64,000 bases of DNA from positions 6,149 to 70,148 of the forward strand of contig ONOU01000021.1 of NCBI GenBank assembly GCA_900319525.1. The letters run 5' to 3'. Shown here piece by piece: positions 32,047 through 41,957 of the stretch (position 1 is the first letter of the stretch; every line of letters starts with the position of its first letter). The notes beneath the pieces are model-generated. The model searched no databases, was not told the DNA's origin, and saw nothing but the letters and a program-made list of their open reading frames with translations. This DNA comes from an uncultured Prevotellaceae bacterium (lineage in GTDB: Bacteria > Bacteroidota > Bacteroidia > Bacteroidales > Muribaculaceae). Made by a program: the position numbers and the translations under genes.

Positions 32047-33705
32047 ATGACTGATAATAAGAGTTATCTTGAGCACATGAGGCTGACTTATCGGCCCAAG
32101 TTGCCTGCTACGCTCCGGTGCCCCGTGCGTGCCGTCGAGGGTGAACCCACACAGTCTGTGGCTGACCAAGAGGCTATCAAATCCCTGTTCCCGTGCACTT
32201 ACGGAATGCCCGAACTGACCTTCGAGCGCGACGACTCGGCGATGCCGCCCGAGAAGCCCTTCAACGTGGGCGTCATCCTCAGTGGCGGTCAGGCCCCCGG
32301 TGGCCACAACGTGATCTGCGGCCTCTATGACGGAATCAAGGCGCTGAACAAGTATGATCGCCTGTATGGTTTCCTGGGTGGCCCCAACGGACTGGTTAAG
32401 CACCATTACATCGAGCTCACGGGTGACCTCATTGAGCAATACCGCAATACGGGCGGCTTTGACCTCATCGGGTCGGGACGCACCAAGCTGGAGACCCCCG
32501 AGCAGTTTGAATCCGGCTTGCAGATCCTGCGCGAGCTCAAAATCAAGGCTCTGGTAATTATCGGTGGTGACGACAGCAACACCAATGCAGCCGTGCTGGC
32601 CGAGTACTATAAGGCCCATGATGCCGGCGTTCAGGTGATCGGTGTTCCCAAGACCATCGACGGCGACCTCAAGAATGAGCACATCGAGATTTCCTTCGGT
32701 TTTGATACCGCGACCAAGGTCTATAGTGAGCTCATCGGCAACGTGGCTCGAGACTGTAACTCTGCCAAGAAATACTGGCACTTCATGAAGCTGATGGGAC
32801 GCTCGGCGTCACACATCGCTCTGGAATGCGCCTTGCAGACCCGTCCCAACTACTGTATCATCAGTGAGGAGGTCGAGGCCCGCAATATGAGCCTGCGTGA
32901 CATCGCCGACGAGATTGCCGATATCGTCGTTAAGCGTCACGACATGGGTATGGACTACGGTACTGTCCTGGTTCCTGAGGGCATTGTCGAGTTTGTTCCC
33001 ACGATGAAGAAGCTCATCGGCGAGCTTAACGAGATGATGACCAAGTACCCTGAGATTTCCAGCCTGCGTGACGAGGCACAAAGCAACTTTGTGCGCGAGC
33101 ACCTGAGCGAGGAGAATCTGGCCGTTTATGATTTCCTTCCCGATGATGTGGCTCGCCAGCTCACGCTCGACCGTGACGAGCACGGCAACGTGATGGTGTC
33201 CCAGATCGAGAGCGAGCGCCTGCTCAGCCGCATGGTGGCTCATGTCCTGGAATTGCGCGCCGAGTCGGGCGAGATTGAGCGTATCAAGTTCAAGACGCAG
33301 CACCACTTCTTCGGTTACGAGGGACGCTGTTCCTTCCCGTCAAACTTTGATGCCGACTACTGCTACTCGCTGGGCTACAACGCATCTCACCTGATCTATG
33401 TGGGAGCTACCGGTTATATGTCGGCCATTACCCACCTGGGCCGCAAGGCACAGGATTGGGTAGCCTGTGGCGTGCCCATCACCATGATGATGAACATGGA
33501 GCGCCGTTCAGGCAAGGATAAACCTGTTATCCGCAAGGCTCTGGTTGATCTCGAGGGTGCGCCGTTCAAGCACTTTGTCGAGAACCGTGAGCAGTGGGCT
33601 CTTGAGACCTGCTATATCTATCCGGGTCCAATTCAGTTCTTCGGGCCTGAGGAGTTGGTGGACAAGACGACCTACACGCTCTTCTTTGAGCAGTTTGGCA
33701 AGTGA
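32047..33705 (+). CDS. pfp: diphosphate--fructose-6-phosphate 1-phosphotransferase (PPi-dependent phosphofructokinase)
   Basis: ORF trimmed to MTDNKSYLEH. GVILSGGQAPGGHNV, IIGGDDSNT, PKTIDGDL and MGRSASHIALE are long-form PFP motifs. Confidence 0.9.
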   Translation: MTDNKSYLEHMRLTYRPKLPATLRCPVRAVEGEPTQSVADQEAIKSLFPCTYGMPELTFERDDSAMPPEKPFNVGVILSGGQAPGGHNVICGLYDGIKALNKYDRLYGFLGGPNGLVKHHYIELTGDLIEQYRNTGGFDLIGSGRTKLETPEQFESGLQILRELKIKALVIIGGDDSNTNAAVLAEYYKAHDAGVQVIGVPKTIDGDLKNEHIEISFGFDTATKVYSELIGNVARDCNSAKKYWHFMKLMGRSASHIALECALQTRPNYCIISEEVEARNMSLRDIADEIADIVVKRHDMGMDYGTVLVPEGIVEFVPTMKKLIGELNEMMTKYPEISSLRDEAQSNFVREHLSEENLAVYDFLPDDVARQLTLDRDEHGNVMVSQIESERLLSRMVAHVLELRAESGEIERIKFKTQHHFFGYEGRCSFPSNFDADYCYSLGYNASHLIYVGATGYMSAITHLGRKAQDWVACGVPITMMMNMERRSGKDKPVIRKALVDLEGAPFKHFVENREQWALETCYIYPGPIQFFGPEELVDKTTYTLFFEQFGK

Positions 33706-33794
33706 TAAGGCTTGCCAGGCGCACTGGATTTTGGCTTATCGTCGGGCGTACCCCGCTAGACTTTAAGTAATAGTTTAACTTCTAAACAGCTTGC

Positions 33795-33832
33795 TCCCCG
33801 TCCCTGGGTTAACAGGAGGCGGGGATTTTTTT
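33795..33832 (+). terminator. rho-independent terminator of pfp
   Basis: An imperfect GC-rich hairpin TCCCCG...CGGGGA, followed by T7. Confidence 0.65.
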
Positions 33833-33875
33833 GTGAAATCGGTTTAAACAGTGATGGTGCTGCTGGTGTGTCCTG

Positions 33876-34112
33876 TTACTCGTTGGACAACTCGTCGGTC
33901 AGCTTGGCAGAGTACAGGGCAAAGAAGTCTTTCTTCAACGCGAAACAGGTTCTCATCAGCAGGTCGGTGCTGATGTTTTCGCGCAAGAAGATGTTGTAGA
34001 TGTTAGTGCGGTTACAGCCCAATTGATTGGAAAGCCACTGCACGCTGTGCCCCTGCTTTTCCAATTCAAGACGGATTTCTTCTCCAATATGTATACATGT
34101 TTTCCCCATCAA
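33876..34112 (-). CDS. small XRE-type helix-turn-helix protein
   Basis: 78 aa. VQWLSNQLGCNRTNIYNIF is an HTH_XRE-like core. Confidence 0.55.
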   Translation of the reverse strand: MMGKTCIHIGEEIRLELEKQGHSVQWLSNQLGCNRTNIYNIFLRENISTDLLMRTCFALKKDFFALYSAKLTDELSNE

Positions 34113-34231
34113 TCTCGTGGTGTTTGTTCAATGATTTCACAAAATTAACAATTAAGTCATATTTGAGCCTCCAGATATTCATAAAAATTTACAGAATTAA
34201 AGTTATTTAACATTTGCCGATAAGTTTAGAT

Positions 34232-34345
34232 GAGGCTGTTGCAAAACTCCGACAGCAAATATGAGATCGCGCTGCGCGCGAGAAATTTATCAAAATTATA
34301 AATAAAATTATAATAAATATCTATTTTGTTTTTTGCAACAGCCTC
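34232..34345. repeat. 15-bp perfect inverted repeat (GAGGCTGTTGCAAAA / TTTTGCAACAGCCTC) enclosing an 84-bp AT-rich core
   Basis: The arms are at 34232-34246 and 34331-34345, with imperfect extension into the flanks. It lies in a 440-bp ORF-free AT-rich intergenic region. Confidence 0.6.
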
Positions 34346-34553
34346 GGCTTAGAACTTAGAGGCGGGCAGGTCATTCGACCTGCTAAACTTTCCCCGGACA
34401 ATAATTATGTATTATGTCTTGGGGGGATCTCTATTTGTCGTCAGCTTTTTTACAGTGTGTTGACGAAGGATGGCGATTTTTCCCGGGGTGCTAATAGCAA
34501 TAAACTGGCGTGATCTGCGTTTTAGAAATGGTTAACCAAGCAATAGTAGAGAA

Positions 34554-35048
34554 ATGAAGAAGATTGGCTTGATCAGTGACACGCACGCCTGGTGGGACGA
34601 CCGCTATGCGCAGCACTTTGCTGACTGCGACGAGGTGTGGCACGCTGGGGACATCGGCAGCGACCAGTTGGCCGACCGCCTCGAGGGCATCGCGCCTGTC
34701 TTTAGGGCAGTGTGTGGCAATGTGGACGGGGCAAGCTTGAGGCGCCGTTTCAAGGAAATGGAAATCTTTGAGGTCGAGGGCGTGAAGGTGGTGATGACCC
34801 ACATCGGTGGCTATCCGGGCAAGTATGCGCCAGGAATACGCCAGCGTCTGGAGTTGTCGCGGCCCAAGCTGTTTGTGTGCGGCCATAGCCACATCCTCAA
34901 GGTGATGCCCGACCGCTCCCTGGGTTGCCTTGTTGTCAATCCGGGCGCTGCGGGTGTGCAAGGCTGGCAAGTGGTGCGCACGCTGGTAACACTCACGCTC
35001 GATCAGGGAAATATCACTCATGCACAGGTAATAGAATTAGGTAAATGA
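34554..35048 (+). CDS. YfcE/MJ0936-type metallophosphoesterase
   Basis: ISDTHAWWD, WHAGD, CGNVD and VCGHSH are calcineurin-like phosphoesterase motifs. 164 aa. Confidence 0.8.
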   Translation: MKKIGLISDTHAWWDDRYAQHFADCDEVWHAGDIGSDQLADRLEGIAPVFRAVCGNVDGASLRRRFKEMEIFEVEGVKVVMTHIGGYPGKYAPGIRQRLELSRPKLFVCGHSHILKVMPDRSLGCLVVNPGAAGVQGWQVVRTLVTLTLDQGNITHAQVIELGK

Positions 35049-35126
35049 GTTGTTAGTTTTAAGTTTTAAGTTTTAGACAGTGGGCAGGTTGTGTGCTTGC
35101 GAAACTTAAGTAAGTAAAATAAATCA

Positions 35127-35618
35127 ATGAAACAGTCATTATTTTTATTGATGGCGCTGATTGCCATCGTGCTGACGTCATGCCACAGCAATGAGCAGAA
35201 TTACAGGGAGGCCTATGAGAAGGCTGTCGAGCGCCGCAAGACCGGCATCGGGGCCGAGACCTATGCCAAGATAGAGGCCGAGCGCCAGCGCTACACCCAT
35301 GTTATCAATGGCGATAGCGTGAGGATGCTCTATGTGAACGCCAATGTGGCCATCGACACGACTGTTGTGGCCAAGCCCTATAACGTTGTTGTTGCCTCAT
35401 TCACCCAGCGCATCAATGCCAAAAGCTACTGCGATCGGTTGCGCGGGGAGTGCGGCTTCCCCAGCTATGTATTGTTTGGCGGCCCTGATAAGTTGTACTA
35501 TGTCGTTTTGCAGGGCTTTGATGACCATCATGAGGCCGCGGCCCTGTTGCGAGACATCGACAAGAAAGTGAAAATGAAGATCTTGGAGCCCCTGCCGTGG
35601 ATCCTGCGCAAGATGTAG
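35127..35618 (+). CDS. SPOR domain lipoprotein
   Basis: Lipoprotein signal (LTSCHS). YNVVVASFTQRINAKSYCDRL...YYVVLQGFDDHHEAAALL is a SPOR pattern. Confidence 0.6.
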   Translation: MKQSLFLLMALIAIVLTSCHSNEQNYREAYEKAVERRKTGIGAETYAKIEAERQRYTHVINGDSVRMLYVNANVAIDTTVVAKPYNVVVASFTQRINAKSYCDRLRGECGFPSYVLFGGPDKLYYVVLQGFDDHHEAAALLRDIDKKVKMKILEPLPWILRKM

Positions 35619-35685
35619 CGTGTGCCCTTTGTGCCGATTTATGATAAAATCCTGTCCTTATTTTTGTGGGGTGGGATTTATTGTG

Positions 35686-35693
35686 TAATTTTG
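35686..35693 (+). promoter_or_regulatory. -7 promoter box (TAATTTTG) for phoH
   Basis: Matches TAnnTTTG, 26 nt upstream of the ATG at 35719. Confidence 0.4.
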
Positions 35694-35718
35694 TGGGTAG
35701 AATATATTAGGATATTGA

Positions 35719-36726
35719 ATGATTGAACGGCACATTATCATTGACAACGTGGATCCCGTGACCTTCTACGGGGTGAACAACAGTAACATACAACTCATCC
35801 GCAACTTGTTCCCAAAACTGCGCATGGCAGCGCGTGGCAGCGTCATCACTGTGATCGGTGACGATGCCGAGACGGCCGACTTTGAACAAAAGATTCACCA
35901 ATTGGCCGACTACTGTGCTACCTACAACACGCTGCCCGAGGACGTCATCATCGACACCATCAAGGGTGCTCCGCCCAAGCAGTTGAAGATGGACGACGTT
36001 ATCGTCTATGGCGTGAACGGCAAGCCCATCAGCGGGCGCACGCCTAATCAGCAGTTGCTGGTCAAGACCTTCATGCACAATGACCTGACATTTGCCCTGG
36101 GCCCCGCTGGAACGGGTAAGACCTATCTGGCTGTGGCGCTTGCCGTCAGGGCGTTGAAGAACCGCGAGATACGCAAGATCATTCTCTCGCGTCCTGCCGT
36201 CGAGGCTGGCGAGAAACTGGGTTTCCTGCCCGGCGACATGAAGGACAAGATCGATCCCTACCTGCAGCCGCTCTATGACGCGCTCGAGGACATGATTCCG
36301 CAGGCCAAACTCAAGGAATACATGGAGAATAACGTCATCCAGATCGCGCCGTTGGCCTTCATGCGCGGCCGCACGCTCAACGATGCCGTCATCGTGCTCG
36401 ACGAGGCCCAGAACACGACAACCCACCAGATCAAGATGTTCCTCACCCGCCTGGGTATGGGCTCAAAGATGATAGTCACGGGCGACACGACCCAGATCGA
36501 CCTGCCGCGTAGTGTCACCAGCGGTCTGATCCACGCCCTGCGCGTGCTCGATGGCGTGAAGGGTATCGGCAAGGTGGAATTTGAGAAAAAGGATATCGTG
36601 CGCCACCAGCTCGTGCAGCGCATCGTCGAGGCCTATGAGCGCTTCCAGGAAGAGAATAAACTCTACAATGCCGAGCGCCGAGAGGGGCGCGACGACTATA
36701 AGCAACCCGAGGGTGATCAGGCATGA
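35719..36726 (+). CDS. phoH: PhoH family ATPase
   Basis: Walker A GPAGTGKTYLA, plus RPAVEAGEKLGFLPGD and VLDEAQN. Confidence 0.9.
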   Translation: MIERHIIIDNVDPVTFYGVNNSNIQLIRNLFPKLRMAARGSVITVIGDDAETADFEQKIHQLADYCATYNTLPEDVIIDTIKGAPPKQLKMDDVIVYGVNGKPISGRTPNQQLLVKTFMHNDLTFALGPAGTGKTYLAVALAVRALKNREIRKIILSRPAVEAGEKLGFLPGDMKDKIDPYLQPLYDALEDMIPQAKLKEYMENNVIQIAPLAFMRGRTLNDAVIVLDEAQNTTTHQIKMFLTRLGMGSKMIVTGDTTQIDLPRSVTSGLIHALRVLDGVKGIGKVEFEKKDIVRHQLVQRIVEAYERFQEENKLYNAERREGRDDYKQPEGDQA

Positions 36727-37478
36727 GCGTTGACAACGGCAACAGGGTCGAGCAAGTGACCCCCTACGCCGACAACACGTCGGCCAAGACCGAGCAGGTG
36801 CGTCAGATGTTTGACTCGATTGCGCCGGCCTATGACTTCATGAACCGCGCGATGACGCTGGGCATCGATATCTGGTGGCGACGGCTGGCCGTCAAGCGGC
36901 TGGAACGCCTCAAGCCCCAACGCATCCTCGATGTGGCTACCGGTACGGGCGACTTTGCCATCCAGCTGAGCGACTCGCTGCATCCCCAGCACATTACCGG
37001 CATCGACTTGTCGCAAGGTATGCTGGATGAGGCCTGTCGTAAAGTCAAATCCCGCGGCCTGGCTGATGCCATTTCCTTCCAGCAGGCAGACTGCATGGCA
37101 TTGCCCATGCAGGACGAGACGTTTGATGCGGTGACGGTAGCGTTTGGGGTGCGCAACTTTGAGCACCTGCAACAAGGCTATCAAGAGATGGCGCGTGTGC
37201 TCAAGCCAGGAGGCATGCTCTGCGTGCTGGAATTGTCCACGCCCACCAATCGCCTGATACGTTGGTTCTACGACCTCTATACCCTGCATATTATCCCGTG
37301 GGTTGGCTCACTCAAGAGCGGCGACAAGAGCGCCTACCGCTACCTGCCGCAAAGCATCGCTGCCGTTCCTCAAGGTGACGACATGCTCCGGCTGATGCGC
37401 AACGCGGGCTTGAGCGACACCAAGTGCCGCCGTCTCACCCTGGGCGTGTGCACGATCTACACCGCCATCAAGAATTAA
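36723..37478 (+). CDS. ubiE: demethylmenaquinone/ubiquinone C-methyltransferase
   Basis: FDSIAPAYDFMNRAMTLGID and the SAM motif ILDVATGTGD. It overlaps phoH by 4 nt. Confidence 0.85.
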   Translation: MSVDNGNRVEQVTPYADNTSAKTEQVRQMFDSIAPAYDFMNRAMTLGIDIWWRRLAVKRLERLKPQRILDVATGTGDFAIQLSDSLHPQHITGIDLSQGMLDEACRKVKSRGLADAISFQQADCMALPMQDETFDAVTVAFGVRNFEHLQQGYQEMARVLKPGGMLCVLELSTPTNRLIRWFYDLYTLHIIPWVGSLKSGDKSAYRYLPQSIAAVPQGDDMLRLMRNAGLSDTKCRRLTLGVCTIYTAIKN

Positions 37479-37485
37479 TGAGGAA

Positions 37486-38727
37486 TTAGGGCTCGTACTG
37501 GTAGCCCAGGTCCTCGATGCAGTCGATGATGAGCTGATCAGGGATGGAACCCTCGACCAGGGCGGTGCCCTTGGCCAGATCTACGGTGACTTTTTCCACT
37601 CCGGGAAGAGCGGCAAGCCCTTTTTCCACATTCGCTTTGCAGTGGGCACACATCATGCCCTTGACTTTGAATTCTTTCATTGCGCTTGTTTTATTACGTT
37701 TGATTTGGTAAGATTTCCAGTATTTCGCTCCCAGTGCCACAACAATCATGCCAAGCAGCAGGATGCCGCATGCGGTAGTGAACCACGAGGTGGCCATGTG
37801 GTGGTGCATGATGTGAGAGGGTGGGGCACTGGTGAACATCTCTCTCATCCCCGGCAGATAATCCACCAGCACGCCGAAGCCTATCGCTCCGCCGATGATG
37901 GACAGCAGATAGATCACCGTGGCCTTGCGGCCGAAGGCGTTGTTCACGACAAACATCGAGGCCAGGTTGGCGGCAGGTCCGGCCATGAGCAGCACCAGCG
38001 CGCAGCCGGGTGTCATGCCCTTGAGCATGAGGGCCGCGGCAATGGGGATGGAACCGGTGGCGCACACATACATCGGCACGGCCACCAGCACGATGATGAA
38101 CATGTTGAGCATGGGCCAGCGCGCATAGGTCGAGAAGAAGTCGTCGGGCAGCAACACGGTGATCAATGTGGCCACCACAAGGCCGATGAGCAGCCAGCGC
38201 CCGATGCTCTGCATCATGTCAAAGAAGCCATACTTGAAAGTCTCCTTGATCTTGTTCCACAGCCCCTCGGGTACCTCGCTGAACTCGTAGTTGGCCTCGT
38301 CGTGCACGCTGTCGAGAGCGCCCTTGCGCTCCCAGTGGCCGACGGCAAGGCCGCCCAGCTGTGAGGTGACCAGCGCCGCAACAGGCCGCAGGATGGCAAA
38401 GGGCAAGCCCATCATCGAGTAGGTGGCGGCGATGCTGTCCACGCCCGTCTGGGGCGTGGCGATGAGAAACGATGTGGAGGCGGCACGTGAGGCTCCGCTG
38501 CGGCGCAGGGCCACAGCCGTGGGCAATACACCGCATGAGCACAGCGGCAACGGTATGCCGAATAGCGCTGCGGTGAATACCGAGCGAAATCCCGTTCCTG
38601 CCAGATAGCGGCTATAAATCGAGGACGGGACAAAGGCGTGCAGCAGTCCCGCGATGACAAAACCCAGCAGCAGATAGGGTGCCATGCCGTTAAGCATCGA
38701 CACAAATGCGTTTACATAGTCCATCAT
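37486..38727 (-). CDS. permease (SO_0444/DUF318-like metal transporter) fused to a C-terminal heavy-metal-associated domain
   Basis: Multi-TM body with CSCG. The C-terminal MKEFKVKGMMCAHCKANVEKGL is an HMA MxCxxC motif. Start set at MMDYVNAF. Confidence 0.65.
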   Translation of the reverse strand: MMDYVNAFVSMLNGMAPYLLLGFVIAGLLHAFVPSSIYSRYLAGTGFRSVFTAALFGIPLPLCSCGVLPTAVALRRSGASRAASTSFLIATPQTGVDSIAATYSMMGLPFAILRPVAALVTSQLGGLAVGHWERKGALDSVHDEANYEFSEVPEGLWNKIKETFKYGFFDMMQSIGRWLLIGLVVATLITVLLPDDFFSTYARWPMLNMFIIVLVAVPMYVCATGSIPIAAALMLKGMTPGCALVLLMAGPAANLASMFVVNNAFGRKATVIYLLSIIGGAIGFGVLVDYLPGMREMFTSAPPSHIMHHHMATSWFTTACGILLLGMIVVALGAKYWKSYQIKRNKTSAMKEFKVKGMMCAHCKANVEKGLAALPGVEKVTVDLAKGTALVEGSIPDQLIIDCIEDLGYQYEP

Positions 38728-38881
38728 AACGTCGGCAAAATTACCAATAAAAATACATTGAGCTAATAACAAAAAGATGAAAAAAGCCTTTTTTCGTCAC
38801 TTTGATGGCCAAATACTTGTCTTAATAAAAATAAAACCCTAATTTTACCCTCCAATAATCAGAGCTACAATATAGGAGGAT

Positions 38882-40447
38882 ATGGACATTAGACTACCCA
38901 AGAGGATTGACGGCATGCAACCCGATGTGTTGCTCGATTCCAAACAGATTACCATTATCGGCACCAACGGCGCCGGTAAGAGCCGCTTTTGCTCGGCCCT
39001 GGTTGATGAACTGGGTGATAAGGCTTATCGCATCTCGGCCCTGAAGGCGCTCTTCCCCACGCCTGCCAGCACCAATCCGCTACCCGGCTCGATCGATGAC
39101 CTGTTCAACCGCATGAACGCTGCTAACCCGCAGGTCAAGAATCTGGCCGAGACCGAGTTTGATAAACTCTTTTACGTCATGCTCAATGACGAGTTCCGTG
39201 ACTTGATGAACTTCAAGGCGCACCAGCTCATGGGTGAGCAGATGGAGTTCCCCAAGACCAAACTCGACATCACCGTCAAGAAGTGGCAGGAAGTGTTCCC
39301 CAAGAACAAGGTGCTGCGCGAGAACGGCAAGCTGATGTTCACGAGCGAGGGCTATGAGGACAAGTATCCGTTACTGCGCCTGAGCGATGGCGAGAAGTCT
39401 GTGCTCTACTACATTGGAGCCGTGCTGTATGCCATGCCTGATGCCGCCATCCTGGTCGATGACCCCGAGACGTTTATCCATAGCAGCATCATGCGCACGC
39501 TGTGGAATGTGCTGGAACAGCTGCGCCCCGACTGCACGTTCATCTACAATACCCACGACGTGGGCTTTGCCAGCTCGCGCATCGACAACCAGTGCGTGTG
39601 GGTGAGGGAGTTTGACCCCGAGGCAATGGCGTGGGACTATGAGGTGATGACATCGAGCCGCAATCTTGACACGGCGCTGTTTGACCTGTTGGGCAGCCGC
39701 AAGCCAGTCCTCTTTATCGAGGGTGATGAAAAGCACAGCATCGACGCGAGGCTGTATCCCCTCATTTTCCCGGAATACACCATCAAGCCGCTGGGCAGCT
39801 GCAACAAGGTGATCGAGACGGTGCGCACATTTGGTGACCTGCAGAGCTTCCATCAGCTCGACAGCCGCGGCATCGTGGACCGTGACCGCCGCAGCGATGA
39901 GGAGGTCGAATACCTGCGCAAGAAGAATATCCTTGTCCCCAATGTGGCCGAAATCGAGAACATCCTCATGCTTGAAGGGGTCATCCGAGCCGTGGCGCGT
40001 CACAAGCGCCGTAACGAGAACATCGTCTTCCCCAAGGTCAAGAAGCGCGTCATCGAAATGTTTACCCGTGAGCTCAAGCAGCAGGCCCTCATGCATGTGC
40101 GCCACCGCGTCAAGCACGATGTGGAACTGCGCATCGACATGAAGTTCACCAGCATCAACGCCCTGGAGAACCACATGGTGGAACTGGTGAGCGAGATCAA
40201 CCCGCGTGGGCTGTACGATCAGTTGTGCCGCGAGTTCCATGTCTATGAGGACGATGGCGACTATGCGAGCATCCTCAGGGTCTATAACCAGAAACAGATG
40301 CTCAACGACAGCAACGTGGCCACGCTGTGCGGCTTCAAAAGCAAGGACGACTATATCCGCGGCGTGCTCAATATCCTCAAGGGTGGCAGCGAGAACGCTG
40401 CTGCCATCCGCACGGCCATCAAGCAGTGCTTTGGCCTGGACGAGTGA
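38882..40447 (+). CDS. fused ABC-type ATPase plus DUF4435 (TOPRIM-like) domain protein, OLD/PARIS-type architecture
   Basis: Walker A GTNGAGKS (res 27-34), signature LSDGEKS, Walker B ILVDDPETFIH and H-loop NTHD are present. After them come VLFIEGDEKHSIDARLYP (E280) and RGIVDRDRR (D333/D335), the DUF4435/TOPRIM pattern. Confidence 0.7.
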   Translation: MDIRLPKRIDGMQPDVLLDSKQITIIGTNGAGKSRFCSALVDELGDKAYRISALKALFPTPASTNPLPGSIDDLFNRMNAANPQVKNLAETEFDKLFYVMLNDEFRDLMNFKAHQLMGEQMEFPKTKLDITVKKWQEVFPKNKVLRENGKLMFTSEGYEDKYPLLRLSDGEKSVLYYIGAVLYAMPDAAILVDDPETFIHSSIMRTLWNVLEQLRPDCTFIYNTHDVGFASSRIDNQCVWVREFDPEAMAWDYEVMTSSRNLDTALFDLLGSRKPVLFIEGDEKHSIDARLYPLIFPEYTIKPLGSCNKVIETVRTFGDLQSFHQLDSRGIVDRDRRSDEEVEYLRKKNILVPNVAEIENILMLEGVIRAVARHKRRNENIVFPKVKKRVIEMFTRELKQQALMHVRHRVKHDVELRIDMKFTSINALENHMVELVSEINPRGLYDQLCREFHVYEDDGDYASILRVYNQKQMLNDSNVATLCGFKSKDDYIRGVLNILKGGSENAAAIRTAIKQCFGLDE

Positions 40448-40512
40448 CGGGAAGTGGGATGCCGCACCCCAGGAGCACCCTGTGAAAATTATGCTGATTG
40501 AGGAAAAATAAG

Positions 40513-40520
40513 TACCTTTG
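40513..40520 (+). promoter_or_regulatory. -7 promoter box (TACCTTTG) for the MATE gene
   Basis: Matches TAnnTTTG, 27 nt upstream of the ATG at 40547. Confidence 0.4.
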
Positions 40521-40546
40521 CGGCAATTTTTTCAGCATACAGTATA

Positions 40547-41902
40547 ATGAAGGATAATAAGGAAGCGACATTGGCGTTAGGAACCCAGCCAGTGGGCCGG
40601 TTGCTATGGCAATATGCGTTGCCGGGTGTAGTCGCCATGACGGCGTCATCACTCTACAACATGGTGGACAGCATCTTCATCGGCCACGGTGTGGGCTCGA
40701 TGGCGCTGGCGGCATTGGGTATATCGTTCCCGCTGATGAACATCGGTGCGGCCTTTGGCGCGGCAGTGGGTGTGGGCGGTGCCACACTGATGTCGCTGCG
40801 ACTGGGGCAGCGCCAGTATGAAAAAGCCAATCATGTGTTAGGCAACATGGTTGCCTTGAACATTATCATGGGTCTGCTGGTGGGCATCGTGTCGATCATC
40901 TTTCTGGACCCCATCCTCACCTTCTTTGGTGCCAGCGAGCAGACCTTGCCCCATGCTCATGACTACATGTTCATCCTGCTGGTGGGTAACGTTATCACTC
41001 ACCTGTATTTGGGCCTGAATGCGGCCCTGCGCTCAGCGAGCAAGCCGCGCGCCGCGATGATCGCGACAATAGTCACTGTGGCGTTGAACACCATCCTTGA
41101 CCCTATCTTCATCTGGCCCCTGAACATGGGCATCAAGGGCGCCGCGATAGCGACTGTCCTGGCGCAGCTCATCGTGCTGTGCTGGCAGTTGTGGCAGTTC
41201 TCGAGGCAAAAGGAGCTGCTGCATCTGGAGTGGCGTTTCCTCAGGCCAGCCCGTGCCATTGTCAAGGACATCGTGAGCATTGGTATCTCCCCGTTCTCGA
41301 TGCAGCTCACGGGCTGCGTTGTGGCCATCTTCATGAACAACGCCCTGATGACCTATGGCGGTGATCTTGCCGTGGGCGCCTACAGCATCGCCAACCGGTT
41401 GGGCTTCATCTTTTTCATGGTCATTATGGGCATCTGTCAAGGCTTCCAGCCCATTGCTGGCTATAACTATGGCGCACGCAACATGGACCGCGTGAAGAGC
41501 GTCCTGCGCCTCACCATTACGGCATCGGTGATTGCCATGACCGTCGGCTGGGTGGTCGGCGAGTTGCTGCCGGGGCCGTGTACACGCCTGTTTACCGATG
41601 ATGAAGGCCTCATCGCCATCTCCATTCGCGGCATTCGCATCAATATGCTCGTCTTCCCCGTCATCGGCTATCAGGCCGTGGTGACCAACTTTTTCCAGAC
41701 CATCGGCAAGGTGCGCATCAGCATCTTCATGTCGCTCTCGCGCCAGCTGCTGTTCCTGCTGCCCATGCTGATGCTGTTCTCCTCGATGTGGGGGCTCGAC
41801 GGCGTGTGGGCCTCGCTGCCGGCAAGCGACTTCCTGGCCTTTGTGGTCGCTGTCATCATCATGCAACGCTTCAAGCGCCAACACAATTCCCAAACAACCT
41901 GA
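40547..41902 (+). CDS. MATE family efflux transporter
   Basis: 451 aa, 12-TM pattern. The N-terminus LLWQYALPGVVAMTASSLYNMVDSIFIGHGVG is typical of MATE. Confidence 0.85.
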   Translation: MKDNKEATLALGTQPVGRLLWQYALPGVVAMTASSLYNMVDSIFIGHGVGSMALAALGISFPLMNIGAAFGAAVGVGGATLMSLRLGQRQYEKANHVLGNMVALNIIMGLLVGIVSIIFLDPILTFFGASEQTLPHAHDYMFILLVGNVITHLYLGLNAALRSASKPRAAMIATIVTVALNTILDPIFIWPLNMGIKGAAIATVLAQLIVLCWQLWQFSRQKELLHLEWRFLRPARAIVKDIVSIGISPFSMQLTGCVVAIFMNNALMTYGGDLAVGAYSIANRLGFIFFMVIMGICQGFQPIAGYNYGARNMDRVKSVLRLTITASVIAMTVGWVVGELLPGPCTRLFTDDEGLIAISIRGIRINMLVFPVIGYQAVVTNFFQTIGKVRISIFMSLSRQLLFLLPMLMLFSSMWGLDGVWASLPASDFLAFVVAVIIMQRFKRQHNSQTT

Positions 41903-41957
41903 TATTAAAGCGATTAAAAACATAGTCGGAATCAGCTGGCTAATTGGTGGGGTATTT

